A stretch of DNA of 64,000 bases from Gekko japonicus (taxonomy: Eukaryota). The DNA lies in the NCBI RefSeq assembly GCF_001447785.1, contig NW_015175396.1, forward strand, positions 165,947-229,946, read 5' to 3'. Made by a program: the position numbers and the translations under genes. Shown here one piece after another: positions 46,825 through 60,184 of this stretch (its first letter is position 1; each line of letters begins with the position of its first letter). The notes below the pieces were generated by a model. That model saw only the letters and a list, made by a program, of their open reading frames with translations. It was not told where the DNA came from and did no database searches.

Positions 46825-48087
46825 TGACCCTAGCTGTACATTAGGCTAATCTTTGGCTGAGCAAAGGAAGTGCTTTGTCGAGGGCTGCTGCCTGTGAACC
46901 TCACTTGCAGACTTCTTTGTAGACGTCTCTGTGACATCTGTTAGACCACTGTTGGAAATAGGATGCTGGGATAGAGTGCCCATTACGGCATGGTTCCTCA
47001 ACGTAGTGCCTTGGGAGCACCATGGCACCTGTGGACACCTTTCCTGGGGCTTGCCAAGTGTTTTGAGAAAGTGGATTGGAGGTCTGACCGTGCAGGTTTT
47101 GTAGAAGAATCACTTCAGCAGCAGCTGCCACCATAGGACGAGCATCGTTTTTAAAACGGGCCTTCTGAAAGCATTCTTAGCCCTGAAAGTTTGGTTGTTC
47201 TTGACCTGCCGCTTTGAGCGCCATCTTTACAAGCATCTTTTTTTCAGGCTTAGTAGGGTAATCTTTGCTTTTTTGTGTGAAGTAAAGGTTCCTTTTTCCC
47301 TTGCATATTGTTGTTGCCAGTTTCAACCTTGAAACTGCCAAATTAATGGCTGGATCCAGCTTTTCAGGCTCATTAGCATGATTAAACTCTGACTGGAGCC
47401 TGTGGAGAAGTGGGCTTGAGCTTTCTTCAACAGATAGGTTGTAGGGTATGTTTTCTCCAAAACTGTTGCTAAAGTCAATGACTGGGTTTGAAGATTACTC
47501 TTTCTGCTATAAAGAATAAGTAGAATAAGAAGACTCACTGATCCCAAAACTAAAGTAGACACTTGGGGAGATTTTTTAAAAAAAGTGTTTTCTTTTTTTA
47601 TTTAAATACCCAAGGTTGCTTCATGTAGAGAATATTGTGTTGCACATTTTGAACTCGTATCTCGCTGTATGGTTTGTTCATTTTAGGCATGGAGTCAATT
47701 TTGCCTTATAAGGCATTAGATTAGATTAATAGCTTGCTTTTGAGAAGAGTTTTCCATTAGGATTTTAAATATTTTTTCTTGGTACATATTTATTGTTACA
47801 CGAACACATGTAACTTCATTGCTTAACTTCCAAAAAGACACAATCAAGGAAACATTAAACATGCTATGTTTTTTCAGAAGTTGAGTAAATTAACATGTGT
47901 TTGTTCGGGAGAGCTTCCTGACTAAAGTGGGTGGGAGGTTGGTTGTTGTTTTTTTGCCAGTGAGTTCTGTTTCCTTGCCTCTGTTACTGTGGGGAGTTAT
48001 GGGTGCTGTTATCTCACATGGTTTGCCACAGATGAAAGGCAAGTCCTGAAACTTTCCTTGTGGAATTTGTCTGGAAGAACTGAAGGG

Positions 48088-48375
48088 AGCCTTCTCTTCA
48101 AATGCCTGCTAAACTGTGTAGTTGGATCTTGGGCCTTGCACTCTGTAGGTCTAAGACATGAGTTTGTTATTTCAGGTGGAGTTGAGGGTTTTCCCTTTTG
48201 CAGCATTTATATCTTTCTTTCTTTATTTATTTATTTATTTAGCCTTCTCTTCAAATGCCTGCTAAACTGTGTAGTTGGATCTTGGGCCTTGCACTCTGTA
48301 GGTCTAAGACATGAGTTTGTTATTTCAGGTGGAGTTGAGGGTTTTCCCTTTTGCAGCATTTATATCTTTCTTTCT

Positions 48376-48393
<18 letters not shown>
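48088..48393 (+). repeat. 153-bp perfect tandem duplication ending in (TTTA)n
   Basis: 48088-48240 equals 48241-48393. Confidence 0.9.
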
Positions 48394-48411
<18 letters not shown>

Positions 48412-48654
48412 TACTCCGCCCTCCCCGCTGAAGCAGGCTCAGGGCGGCTCACATAAAACCAATAAAACAATATACATTTCAATATAAAATCCATAATAAA
48501 CGATTTAAAATAGTTGATATAGCGATGGCAGTGTGATATACTAAAGTGCATTTAAGAACACATTCAGTGGTGCTACTACTCTAGGTAACTTCTAACTCTA
48601 GGTCGACACAGGGCATGGCTGATAAGCTCCGTTTTCACGGCCCTGCGGAACTGT

Positions 48655-51540
48655 GGCTGTGATCACACTGGCAGCTTGACATGATATGGTGCTGCCTCTA
48701 ATTGAACCAGGTTAAAGTGTAGTGGGATATATCAGCCACACAGCATACCCTGCTGTGGGTTACCCACGGAATGAATGAATGAATTTTATTGTTACAGCGC
48801 TTAGCCAGCAATATAAAACCATAAAAGTAAATTACAATGGCCAAATGGTAAAACTTCCAGAATACAACAGGGTAATAAGAGACACACTATACAATCATTT
48901 TGATCGCTAAAACCAAACTTAAGAATACGCTGCAATAAAACACAGTAAAAGAGAATAAAATAAGATGATAGAGGTAACAGTAGAAGTAAGAATCAAGCAG
49001 TCCTAACCCAAGTGACAACCAGAACACTGATGAGCTTTTACAACCAAGGAGCAAAATTTCGCAATCTGATGGAGCGCTGTATGTTCAAAGTTTAAAAACA
49101 AGTTCTCCATCTTATCCTGATCAGAAGTGCCTGCCAAAAAAGGACCAATACATTTTGTACGAGCCTCTTCAAATAATGGGCACCTCAGGAACACATGTTC
49201 CTGGGATTCGATCTCCCCCGACGCACACGTACATAGCCTCTCCATTCGGGGAAGTTTTTTGAATTTACCCTCAAGAACTGCAGTAGGTAAGGCGGAGCAT
49301 CTAGCCAAAGTATATGCCCTCCTGAGTTTACGGGACTCCAGAACGGCTAAATATGGGGCCTGCGCTACGATGTATTTATTACTAATTGGCGCTATAAAGG
49401 TAGGAGTCGCCTGTAGATCCAATTGGCATTCGGTGTCCTTGATCCTCTGCCTAATTGCTAACTTAGCTCGGTTGCCACCCAACTCCAAAAGCGCTTGGGG
49501 GAGAATACCCCAAGAGCGAAATTTTCCGATTAACAGAAATCAGCCATTTGGATTTAAAGGCATCAGTCAGAATCAGGGGCACTAGTCCACAAGGATTCAA
49601 ATTTATCTTCAACCAATAGAAGATGAAGTATAAGGTAATCATGGCTTCAACCTTCAGCATGCCAGTCTCTAGCCGTACCATTGCATTGGATACGCATCTA
49701 GGAACTTGGAGCACTGCTCTCAAAAATTTCGATTGGACTAGCTCTAAGGGGGCATAGCTAGAGGAAGGCGCTCCAAGCAGCGTCCCATAGAGCATCTGGG
49801 CAAGTGTTTTAGCCTTAAAAAGTTTTAAAGCTGCTGGTACAAAGTAGCCCCCTTGGGATCTGAAAAACTTAAGTATACCATGAGAGGATTTTTCACCCGA
49901 GCATGCTGCTGCCTGGCTGTGGGCAGTCTTAGCTCCAGAGGCTTTGCTGATCCACACCTGATAGCGAAAGCTAGCTACCTGTTCGAGGTTCTGGCCGTTT
50001 ACACTCCACTTTCTTAATTTGGGTCTCCTGCCAAAAGCCATCACCTTCGTCTTTGCATAGTTAATATCCAGCTCCTGTTCTCTGCAATAACTAGCGAATT
50101 TCTTAAGAGCCCTTCTCAAACCAATTGGGGTTCTAGAAAGAATAACAGCATCATCGGCATATAAAAGTATAGTAATAGAGCGCTGGGCTAGTTTAGGAGG
50201 ATGAAAATCTACATCATTTAGATATCCAGCAACATCGTTGAGGTAAAAGTTAAAAAGAGCAGGAGCTAGCATACACCCTTGCCTAACTCCCTTTAGGGTG
50301 GAAATTTTGTCTGTCAAATGCCCCAACCTGGTATATCTAACCCTCAAAGATGTTTGTTCATGGAGGGCACGAATGAGAGCTAAAAGTCTCCTGTCTATTG
50401 TGGAGACTTCACGTTTGCTCCATAATATAGGTCTAGAAATGGAGTCGAAGGCCGCTTTAAGATCAATAAAGGCGGCATAAAGAGACAAAGGGCCCTTGCC
50501 AGAGTATTTTTCAATAAGATGCCTAAGAAGAAGGCAGTGATCCATTGTCGACCTACCCTGCCTAAACCCAGCTTGCTCCTGAATCATTATATCCTCTTGC
50601 TCCAGCCAGAGTGTAAATTTTTCTAGAAGATGTTTGGCATATAGTTGCTAATGACACTTAGTAAGCTAATAGGCCTGTAATTTGCAGGATCTTTTTGATT
50701 ACCTTTTTTATAAAAAGGAACAACCACCGCCTCCCCCCGGTCACTTGGAACCCTCCCTGTCATATCGATGTAGGTAAATAGGTGCGCTAAGAAAGGTGCC
50801 CACCAATTTATATTTTCCTTCAAAAATTCAGGAGGGATTCCATCGAGGCCAGGGGCCTTTCCTCTTTTAAGTTGGCCTATCAGTGCTGAGATCTCTTCTG
50901 GGGAAACTAAGGGCCAACTAGGCAGATCACTGAAAACTGTGGACATAGAGGAGGGGGTAGGATTATCATGATACAAATTCTGAAAATGAAGAATCCAAGT
51001 TTCAGGTGGAATGTAGGATTCCCTTGTTAGGATGCTATTTCCCTTTTGATTGGAGACCATCCTCCAAAACAAAGCGGAGTTCTTTTCCTTGGCGGCTTGA
51101 ATTAGAGCCCTCCATGCTTCCCTAGCAGGTTACCCACGGAGACATCCCATGGTAAAGCATCCACATTATTGTGGTGCCTCAGCCACGGAGGGAACTGCAA
51201 ACCCCACCCCCAAATCCAAAAACCATGTGTGTGCATAGTGCGCATGCGCACATAGGCAATTCTTTTAAAAAAACCCACCTGCGTGGCGGCAGAACGGATC
51301 TGCAGGTTCACACTGCCAAATCCGTTCTGCGCGCGCTCCCTTGTGTTCAGACATCCGGCCATGTGCAATAAATGCACAGGGAAACAAAAACACCACTTCG
51401 GAGGTGGTGGCTTTTTAACCCGGCTCCAAGTCGTCCTCTGACGGGGTGACACCTGACAGATGTGGCTGTGTGATTGTGCCTATTTAATCTGTATGTAAAA
51501 TGTGCCTATATTGGGCCAAACTGCCAGTCTGAACACAGCC
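48655..51540. mobile_element. PIF/Harbinger-like MITE split by RTEX and inserted in a minus-strand L2 fragment
   Basis: TIR GGCTGTGATCACACTGGCAGCTTG versus reverse complement GGCTGTGTTCAGACTGGCAGTTTG (21/24); 3-bp TSD TGT; L2 sequence resumes at 51541. Confidence 0.72.
48771..51127 (-). mobile_element. RTEX-like LINE, 5'-truncated, few disablements
   Basis: KAPGLDGIP, NYRPISLL, QAGFR, FIDLKAAFDS, GVRQGC, LLYADD, C-terminal CTC..H....C zinc knuckle; AATAAA plus (ATTC)n tail; perfect 13-bp TSD GGTTACCCACGGA at 48758-48770 and 51128-51140. Confidence 0.85.
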
Positions 51541-51759
51541 TGTGACAGGTCCCGCAGGGCCCTAATCTCGCCAGGGAGTTTATTCCAATAGGTTGGAGCC
51601 GCCAAAGAGAACGTCCTCGTCGATGTCAGCCTGGCGTCCTTCGGCCCTTCTTCTGTTTTTGTTGCATTCTCCTAGTGTGATGTGTTTCAAACCCTTTGAT
51701 CCACGCTAGCAATGGAAAGATCTGGATAAACTTACGAGACATCTTGATTTTTTTTCCAG

Positions 51760-51908
51760 TTCAGCTTCCTGGCCCGGCCCCCAATATTCGAGCATATGCA
51801 AACTCGCCCACTTCAGTCACGATCAGTTGGGCTACACCCTTATCTGGCAATGGTGAAATCCAGAATTACAAATTGTACTACATGGAGAAGGAGACGGACA
51901 GTGAACAG
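51760..51908 (+). CDS. NEO1: NEO1 exon ~10 (FN2 N-half)
   Basis: ttccag|TT CAG: [19 protein letters not shown]...[11 protein letters not shown]; donor gtttgg; 149 nt. Confidence 0.95.
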
Positions 51909-52975
51909 GTTTGGTGGACAATTTCTTCTTGATAGTTTACGGTGGCAATTGAACTGTAGGCTCTCAGTACCACCATGCTAAAATTGCAGCTTTTGTCATA
52001 TCCTTTCTGTGACTCTATGCAGTCATTAAGCAAGGTCTTAGAACATACCATTGTCCTGACAGCTAAAGAGATGCTCTTTTATTGTCTGGCAACAGATGAG
52101 TTTATTGGCATTGCTTGTCTTGCTCCATTCTCAGAAGTGTCACATTTTGAACTGAAGCAGTAGTCAAGGCCAGCTGAGAGAAACCAAGGGAGCTCTCATA
52201 TGCCTTTATGAGACAGCAAGCTTTCATTGATTTCACTGATGCCTGAACATTTAACAGTTTTCTTTAGTGTTTTTAGTTGACTAGATAGACTAGATAACAG
52301 CAGTGACCCTAATAACCCAGTAGGAACCGTAATAAAGAATTCCTAGAAGAAGGGGGGAAATGGCTCTAAAGCAGCAGAGGCCAGTACAAGACCCACTGAA
52401 ACAAGAGGGATATTCTGCAGGAGAAGAAAAATTATCATTCATTGAGACTTCACGCTACATGATAACTGAGGAGATTTGTTAGAAAGACATTACAAAAGAG
52501 TAGATGTTTATGCTGGCAACAATATAGAACATGCCCATTCCCAAGAGATTCCTTCAGTTCGAGAACGAGACGCTAAAGGATCTGGCAACTTTTCACAGAT
52601 GCTTATAAAGAGTAAGAAGAAAGTTTAGGATGCTGTAGACCAAGAGAAACTCACTACTACTGAGGAAGTGGCAAAATGAGAAGGAAATGGGGCCTGGTCA
52701 GAGCCTCTCCTCACCTCTCTCCCTCTTTCTGGCCTATAGAGCCACACAAGCCACAGTTGTGGCCCTTGACTTCTAGCCTGAGTTTAATATTCCCGAGCAC
52801 CTTTCTGAGAGCCCCTTTGAGATCCAGACAATACCTCTAACTGGTGTGGGTGTGTTTGCGCCTGCATGCTGATGTTTCATCCCAAAAAACGCATAGAGGA
52901 ATAAGAGCAACAGCATTAGGAGAACGCATCCCAGTTGTTGTAAAGACTGCAATGTTTGCCCCTTTTCAAATACAG

Positions 52976-53114
52976 GACATTGACGTCGGAGGCCTTTCCC
53001 ACACAATAAATGGTTTGAAGAAATATACAGAGTATAACTTCCGAGTGGTGGCCTACAATAAACACGGCCCTGGAGTTTCTACGCAAGATGTCGTCATTCG
53101 AACTCTGTCTGACG
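52976..53114 (+). CDS. NEO1: NEO1 exon ~11 (FN2 C-half)
   Basis: tacag|GAC ATT: [46 protein letters not shown]; donor G|gtgagc; 139 nt. Confidence 0.96.
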
Positions 53115-55420
53115 GTGAGCATCTTTGTAATGGCAGTCCATTGTCACTTTTCAGTTAAATAGAGTTTTTGTTTGCAAACTCGATTTCAGTATATGTATCT
53201 GCAAGTTCATATATCTTCGTATATCTCCCAGCGTGGATGAAAAATCTGCAAACTGGGGCTTCATATAGTTTCTACAAAAAGAGCATCAGAAAAATCCTAG
53301 AAGTTTGAAAGATCCATTTTCACTAAGCCCTGTTTTTTTTTAAATTTACAAAAAGTGTTTGTCTATATATTATACTAATACACTGAAAGTTAAGTGTTCC
53401 TTAGCCAAACAAAAGTTTTAAGGTAGTGTTTGCTCTACTAGCATGGGTTATTGTATTAAAGCACATTACATTATAACTATTCGATTACAAAAGTGAAGTG
53501 ACAATATTAACTATAGTCTGAAAAAACACAGGATGAATCAGCGCGTGGTGAACTCGATTTTAAAAGCTGCTGCCAAAGACAATCTTGAAACACGTTCATC
53601 CTTTTATTCATTTGTCTTTTAAAAGTTGTGGATTTAATACGATCCGTATTCTCCTCTGGTTAACTGGTGTTTGGGGTGGGTATTCATGTCTGTGGCCATA
53701 TGTATTCATGTCTGTGGCCACATCTCAAGCAGTGCTAGGAAGTAACATCTTTAAAAAGCAGCAGTGTGTCAACCTAGGAACCTGAACCCTGCCCCCCCTC
53801 CCTCAAATGACCATGTGTGTGCAGGTTTCAGTATTTTCTTCCAACAGTATTTTCTTCCAGCTTTTGATAGTGGATGAGCCAGGCTGAAGGAAAGTGCTGC
53901 AAACAACAGAGCACAGTGGGGTAAAGCGGCGGCAAGGTTTAGCTCCCTTCTTTCATGTACTTTATTTTTACGTTCCTTCTTTTAAAAACAGTCGGCCTTT
54001 CCACCCCCTGCTTTAGATGTGATAAGGCGGGCTTGCAGATAAAAACACATGGGTCTTCCCATAATGCCTTATTGGCTCTTAACTGTTGTTTCTCATGTTA
54101 CTAAATAGAGCTGGGGTTAAAATAATATATTTCGATTGGATGGTTTTTGGTTAGAAAAGAAGGTTGTGTATATTGTGTTTTGTAAATGACTGTCCTGAGT
54201 TAAATACCGTTGACACGTATACGAGCAGATATACAGTGTACAAGTCTGCTTTAAGGGCTGATTCAGACGAGAGTGAATTATCCCTGTGCCTAGATCCCCG
54301 CGGAAGCATAATGTGTAAATCTGTATAAAAATAGTGGGATTGGTTCCCTACTAACGCATGAACTCTGGCTGCCTCCTTGTGTACGCATAGATCATCTGAC
54401 GAGGCCCTGCTTAAAGTGCCCCATCTTCTGATGCAAGGTGGGTGGTTCCGAGGAACAGGCCTTTCTCAGTAGTTGCTCCCTCCCTAGAGAGGCCTGCCGA
54501 GCTCACTCCTTGTTGAGTTTCAGGAGGACTGTGGAGACTTACTTTGTCAGACAGGCTTTTTTTTGCTGTGTGTTTGGTGTGCTGCTTGAATTTCTATAGA
54601 TACATTGTGCTTATGCTTTTTATGGTTGGATCCATTATATTGTTTTGTACTGTTGTGAGCTGCTTGGAAAGCTTTGGCTAGAAATGGTTTCGAAATTATT
54701 AAATGGCACTTGCAGGATTATAGCACACTCGTGTGCGTTGCATGTTTGTAGCACCTTCACACAGTCTTTCCTTAGAGTCCCTTGCATCCTGCTGCAGAAA
54801 GTAGTAGCCAAATCGCTTCCCCTTCATTTGCGCTTCTTTAGATTGCTATGGCAAAATATGAGTTCTAGCCAAGTAGCACAGCCTCTTTGTGTGTTTCTTA
54901 TCATATGCCAGGCACGCTAGTGTGCTGAAAGGGAAATGCTAGTGGGCCACAAGAAGTGAATTGATGAAATAATAAATGGAGCCTGAGATAGCCCCAACAT
55001 ATGGATGAGGTTGTGCGATTCTCTGTTCTGGCCTTGCCTCATTAAGTCGAGCCCCCACTGGGGCCAAGTAATTCTGTGTCATCTTTGCATCTGTGGTGAC
55101 TGGATCCAATTACTCTTGATACAAAGACTCAGGAGAATGACCTGCCCTCTAACGGGGCTGTCTGTGCAATATCTGCGTGAGTCACTTCACTGGGTATGCC
55201 TCTGGACTGGAAGAAGGCAACTCTAGAATGGTAACTCATACAGAAACACAGATGAACTCTTCTGAGAACAGGTAGTTCTTTTTTTTTACTCTGTAAAAGT
55301 AAATGTTTCAAATATATGGATGAACCTCGTTTTTTGAAAGAGAGCCTCTGAAAGCTTCTAGAGGTAGCTTTCATGTCATATCAAAAATCCATTGTTCTTT
55401 TTAAGTTTTTCCTGAAAAAA

Positions 55421-55672
55421 GGATGCATTCAGACATCACAATAAACTACAGTTTATCGCTCAGACTCTGGTTATTCTTCCAAATATACATTTGTACATTT
55501 GCAGAACTGTACAACAAATAAAGGTATCTTTATTCAGATGTCATGACAAACCTAAGTATAAACTATAGTTTTAGTTTACAAGCCAGGTACAAACCATGGT
55601 TTAGAATTCCAGTTTATCACCACTACTAACCATAGATTAAGGCTCTGGTTTATTGTGCCACTTGAATACAGT
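55421..55672. mobile_element. Palindromic Harbinger-like MITE (degenerate)
   Basis: GGATGCATTCAGACATCACAATAAAC...GTTTATTGTGCCACTTGAATACAGTC; internal AAACYAYRGTTT palindromes. Confidence 0.5.
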
Positions 55673-55998
55673 CTGTGTCTTTATTGTTACATTTATATCC
55701 CACCCTTCTTTCCAAGTTGCTCATAGAGTTCCCAGATAGCTTCCTTATCAGGAAGGAATCAGGGCCATATCTGCTTAGTTTGGTTACATCATTGGAGTTA
55801 TGTGCCTTCAGTCCACTTTGGGGGCCTGTTTTCTCTGAAGTATATTCTTAAATTTTAGTTTGTGTTTTTGCTTATACTTTATGAAGAGTCCCCTTTAGAT
55901 ATTTAGTGCTTACCGTGAATCATATTTGTATTTATACTTCTATTATTTTAAGCCACCCTTCTGAATTGGTTTTGAATAACTTTCTTTACTGTTTCTAG

Positions 55999-56048
55999 TT
56001 CCCAGTGCTGCACCTCAGAATCTGTCACTGGAAGTACAAAACTCCAGG
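55999..56048 (+). CDS. NEO1: NEO1 exon ~12 (start of FN3 domain 3)
   Basis: tctag|TT CCC: VPSAAPQNLSLEVQNSR; donor gtaaga; 50 nt. Confidence 0.93.
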
Positions 56049-57191
56049 GTAAGATGCTTTATTTTATTTTATTTTATTTTTTTGTTATTGACATGGATCA
56101 TGGGCAGAAAGAACCCAGCTTCTAAATCTGTTTCCAAGCTTACTCTCCCCATGTGGCAACTTCCATAGTATCCATATCAGATTGGATATTGACTTTATCA
56201 CCCTAAACTGAGAGGGTTTGAATGGCAGACATCTGTTAAAGGTGTGTGTGTGTGGGGGGGGGATTTGGGGTTTGCTATTTTGTTTCTATTTTAACTGAAA
56301 GTGTGTGTATTATTGTGAGCTGCCTTGAACCACAAATACAGGCAGGATATAAATGTTTTAATGAGCAAGTTTGAATGCTTCTCTAAACGTTGAGCCTGTG
56401 AAGTGCATGGCATTTTATTTTTAAATATTTATCAGCTAGTTCCTTCAGGTGTGTACATTTTTGTCATCTCTTGGACACATTTCAAGTTAGCATGTTTGAA
56501 ACTGAAGCAGATGTTCATTCTAGCCAATCGCTTCTGGGTTAAGGTGTTCTCTGCTTCAGGAACACCAAAGACAGGCAGGGCAAAATTGCATAAGGTAGAG
56601 AAAAATTAATGACTAAGGAAGAGAGAATTTAGATTTGATATGTACTAGTGCTTTCAAATTTTCCACGGCCACTTACTTGCTTTCTAAGATGGGTTGATAC
56701 GAAAATCAAATCAGACTATTTTGGACAATGGGTTTAAATTTCAGAGCTGTTTCCCATTAAGTTATGTTAGAGCCATGATGCTCAATGGCTCAGGAGCCAC
56801 ATGTGGCTCTCTGAAATCACCTGTGGCTTACCTGTGACTCTTCTGAGCACCGTTCCCCAAGGTAGCACTTGTCTCAGGCTTCAGGTAAATGGAGAAGGCC
56901 CTTGACCAGTGGGGCTTGTGCTTTGCAGTTGGTTCTCATCACGAGAACCAGAAGAACAAATAAGCTGCAAGCTTCTCTGAGGAGCGAACATTGTGCTAGG
57001 GATGGAAGTAAACATGGCTGTTTTTGGTTGATGGTGATTTGCAGAGCAAGTACTGCTGCATGAGGGGTATTGATGTACACATGTTACATAAAATGTTCCT
57101 TGAATCAGTGCTGTTGAGGTTGTTGAAACAACCCAAACTAGGGAAGTTTCACATGAAGGATGTGATTTGTAATGTCTCCTAATTCCCATAG

Positions 57192-57336
57192 AGCATAATG
57201 ATGCATTGGCAGCCCCCTCCTGTGGGGACACACAATGGGCAAATCACTGGCTATAAGATTCGCTACCGAAAAGTAACTCGCAAAAGTGATGTGACTGAAA
57301 GCATTGTCGGGACCCAACTTTCCCAGCTAATTGAAG
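57192..57336 (+). CDS. NEO1: NEO1 exon ~13
   Basis: catag|AGC ATA: [48 protein letters not shown]; donor G|gtgagt; 145 nt. Confidence 0.95.
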
Positions 57337-59328
57337 GTGAGTGGGCCAGAATTCTCTTTGCTAAAAAAGCAAGAAACTGGCTACAGGTTCAGGGCTCCTT
57401 AGCCTGGGAGAGACTGTTTGATGTTGGTTTGCCACAGCTGGCTCAGTCAGTATTGTGAGGGGATGAATGAAGCAGGAGAGATGAGTGGAAAGGTACGGGA
57501 AGCCCTGCTCCTTGCCATTTATTATCTGTTGCTTCATTTGTTTCATTTGTATTCAACAGCTTTGTTATTTAACTTTCTGTGTCACTGCTTTTAATTATTG
57601 TTATGCTGTTTACACTTATTTGACTTTTTATTGCTTTGCTGCTTCTACTATGCCTTGTGGAGCTGGATTAATTTTTGGCTCTCATGGAGGCTCTAGACTA
57701 ATAGGATGGGGCGATTTCAGAATCCATCCTGAGCTCCCCTTAACTGGCCATGCTCAGACATGGCAAATATGGGACTGTCCCTATACCTGAGAGAGGACAT
57801 AGATAGACTCTACCAAGCAGGATTCTGCTTTTCTGGCAAAGGCGCTTAATCTGAAGCCATTATCATAGTCCAGATCACTGTCAGTTGAAGGCTTGCTTGG
57901 TGTGCCCTCCCCTGCCCTTGTAAGAGGTGTAGAAATCGCTAAGGTTGTCCACCTGCAGAGACTTGTGGATCCTGTTGGATTCCAGAATTGTTTTGGTGTG
58001 CCTACGGAGAGCCTTAGCAGCTACTGGGTCAGATCCAACCATCCAACTTTTCTCCAGCCAAATGAGGGAGCCTTCTTCTAATTTAAGTTTCTCTCCCTCC
58101 AACGGAAGAACCACTTAATTTGGAGAAAGGCTTCAAACTTGAACCAAAAGAAAAGGTGGGATATAAATCTTTTAATAAATACATGCCTTTTGCTCAGTGG
58201 ACTGGTAGGATAGGGGTAGGATCCACCCCATTTGCTGGTTGAGAGACTTAGGTGTAATGACGGCTACATGCAAGCATGCCAGCAGAATGTAAAGGGAGGC
58301 TTCCCGGGACCGTTACAGATCCGGAAAACGGTATGGGGAAGCAGGAGGCTGAAGGAGCCCACGCAGACCACAGTCCCGATCAGAATCAGGCCCTGTGCAC
58401 CTGTGAAGCACAGAAATTCTGGCGGATGAGTAATGCAGAGTCCTTGTGGGGGCCACAAGGATGTTGTATTGGGCGCATCAGCCCTCAGTTGTTGACTGTT
58501 AGGTGCCTCCAATGAAGGGCATAAATCTTCCAGTTAATTAAGTAAATATAAAAGGTTGCAGGAAAATGTCCACTTTGTTTTTACTGGCAAAGAATAAAAT
58601 GTACTTCATTTCTTACAGTTGGTGAACAATTTTAATAATAATAATAATAATAATATTTATTGCATTAGCAAAAAAGCCATAGCAACTGTACAGGATAAAA
58701 TAAAATAAATTAAAAAGACAACAACACACACACACTTAAAAGGTCGACAGAACAATTTTAAAATAATGAAGGAAGCAGGTGGAGTTGCATTTCCCACCAC
58801 ACACCTGTTCCTTTTCATTAAATGTTGGCATGAATTCATGGGGGGGATGCTGGCCATTTTTAAAATTGTGGTATCTTTTGACTAAGCGCTCTGGTATAAG
58901 AAATGTTAATAATCTGAAGAGCAAATTTTTATTGGCTGTGGACAACTCTCATGCTCTTTGGCCACTGGCCTGCAGGGAAAAGTCATTGTGTGTCACCACC
59001 TTGTAGCATCAGTCTGACAAATAATAATTTGTGTCAATTGCATCTGCTGGAATCTTGCTACCAGCCTGGCAGTCTGCTGCTGGTAGCCTCTGGTTATGCT
59101 CAAGAGGCCAAAGGTCAAAATGTAAAGCTCTTAGCTAAGCTGGATCTGTGTCAGGTGAGCCTCAGACTATATTACAGCCATATATGCTGTTCACTTAGCT
59201 ACTCAATTGGTTTCCTGTTTGCAAGCTATTACGGTCAGCTGTTGGAACTGTTGATGTTTAAATTGGGAGCACTGGCTTTGCAGTTGCTGTGGGAAACTGT
59301 ATTTTAATACTGTGCATTCTTACATCAG

Positions 59329-59439
59329 GTCTTGAACGTGGCACAGAATACAGCTTCCGGGTTGCTGCCTTAACAGTCAATGGTACCGGACCGTCTACTG
59401 ACTGGGTCTCAGCAGAAACCTTTGAAAGCGACCTTGATG
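59329..59439 (+). CDS. NEO1: NEO1 exon ~14
   Basis: atcag|GT CTT: [37 protein letters not shown]; donor G|gtatgc; 111 nt. Confidence 0.96.
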
Positions 59440-59993
59440 GTATGCACTTAAGCTGTGGATGAGTGTTTGAGAACATGTTTTGTCAATGTAAAGACCTCAA
59501 AATGCAGATCTAAGAAGGAAAAATATGAGAAGCAGGGCCGCTGCAGCAGTGCCAGACCCTCCCTGTCCTCTCACTTTATGCAGTCCAGATATTGTGCCAC
59601 TAAGCCATAATTGAATTAGCACCACTTCAGCTGTGTGTGTGTGTATTAAGTGCGGTCAAGTCGCTTCTGACCCATGACAACCCTGTGAATTAATGACCTC
59701 CAAAACATCCTATCATTAACAGCCTTGCTCGGGTCTTGCAAACCGAGGGTCGTGGCTTCCTGGATTGAGTCAATCTATCTCAAGCTGGGTCTTCTTTTCC
59801 CGACGCCTTCAACTTTTCCTAGTGTTATTGCCTTTTCTGACGACTCTTGTCTTCTCATAATGTAACTGAAGTATGATAGCCTAGCCTCAGTTTAGTACTA
59901 AATGTGAGCTGATTTCAAAATAATGTGGTACTTTGAATTTAATATTTTCATTCCAGTTGAACGATTTAAAGAGCTTTTTCCTCCTGTTTATAG

Positions 59994-60184
59994 AATCTCG
60001 TGTTNNNNNNNNNNNNNNNNNNNNNNNNNNNNNNNNNNNNNNNNNNNNNNNNNNNNNNNNNNNCCGCCTGAAAACCAGAACATTGTGGTCAGAGGCTATG
60101 CTATTGGGTATGGTGTAGGGAGCCCCCATGCCCAGACCATCAAGGTGGATTATAAGCAGCGATATTACACTATTGAAAACTTGG
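59994..60184 (+). CDS. NEO1: NEO1 exon ~15 (FN4 N-half), contains N gap 60005-60063
   Basis: tatag|AA TCT CGT GTT (ESRV), 59 N, then [40 protein letters not shown]; donor G|gtaagg. Confidence 0.92.

Noticed and set aside
52290-52690. Purine-rich stretch resembling an L1 ORF1 remnant
   Set aside because: Too degenerate to support from the sequence alone.
57640-58515. Fragments resembling LINE ORF1 esterase or LTR sequence
   Set aside because: Similarity is impressionistic; no termini or TSD found.
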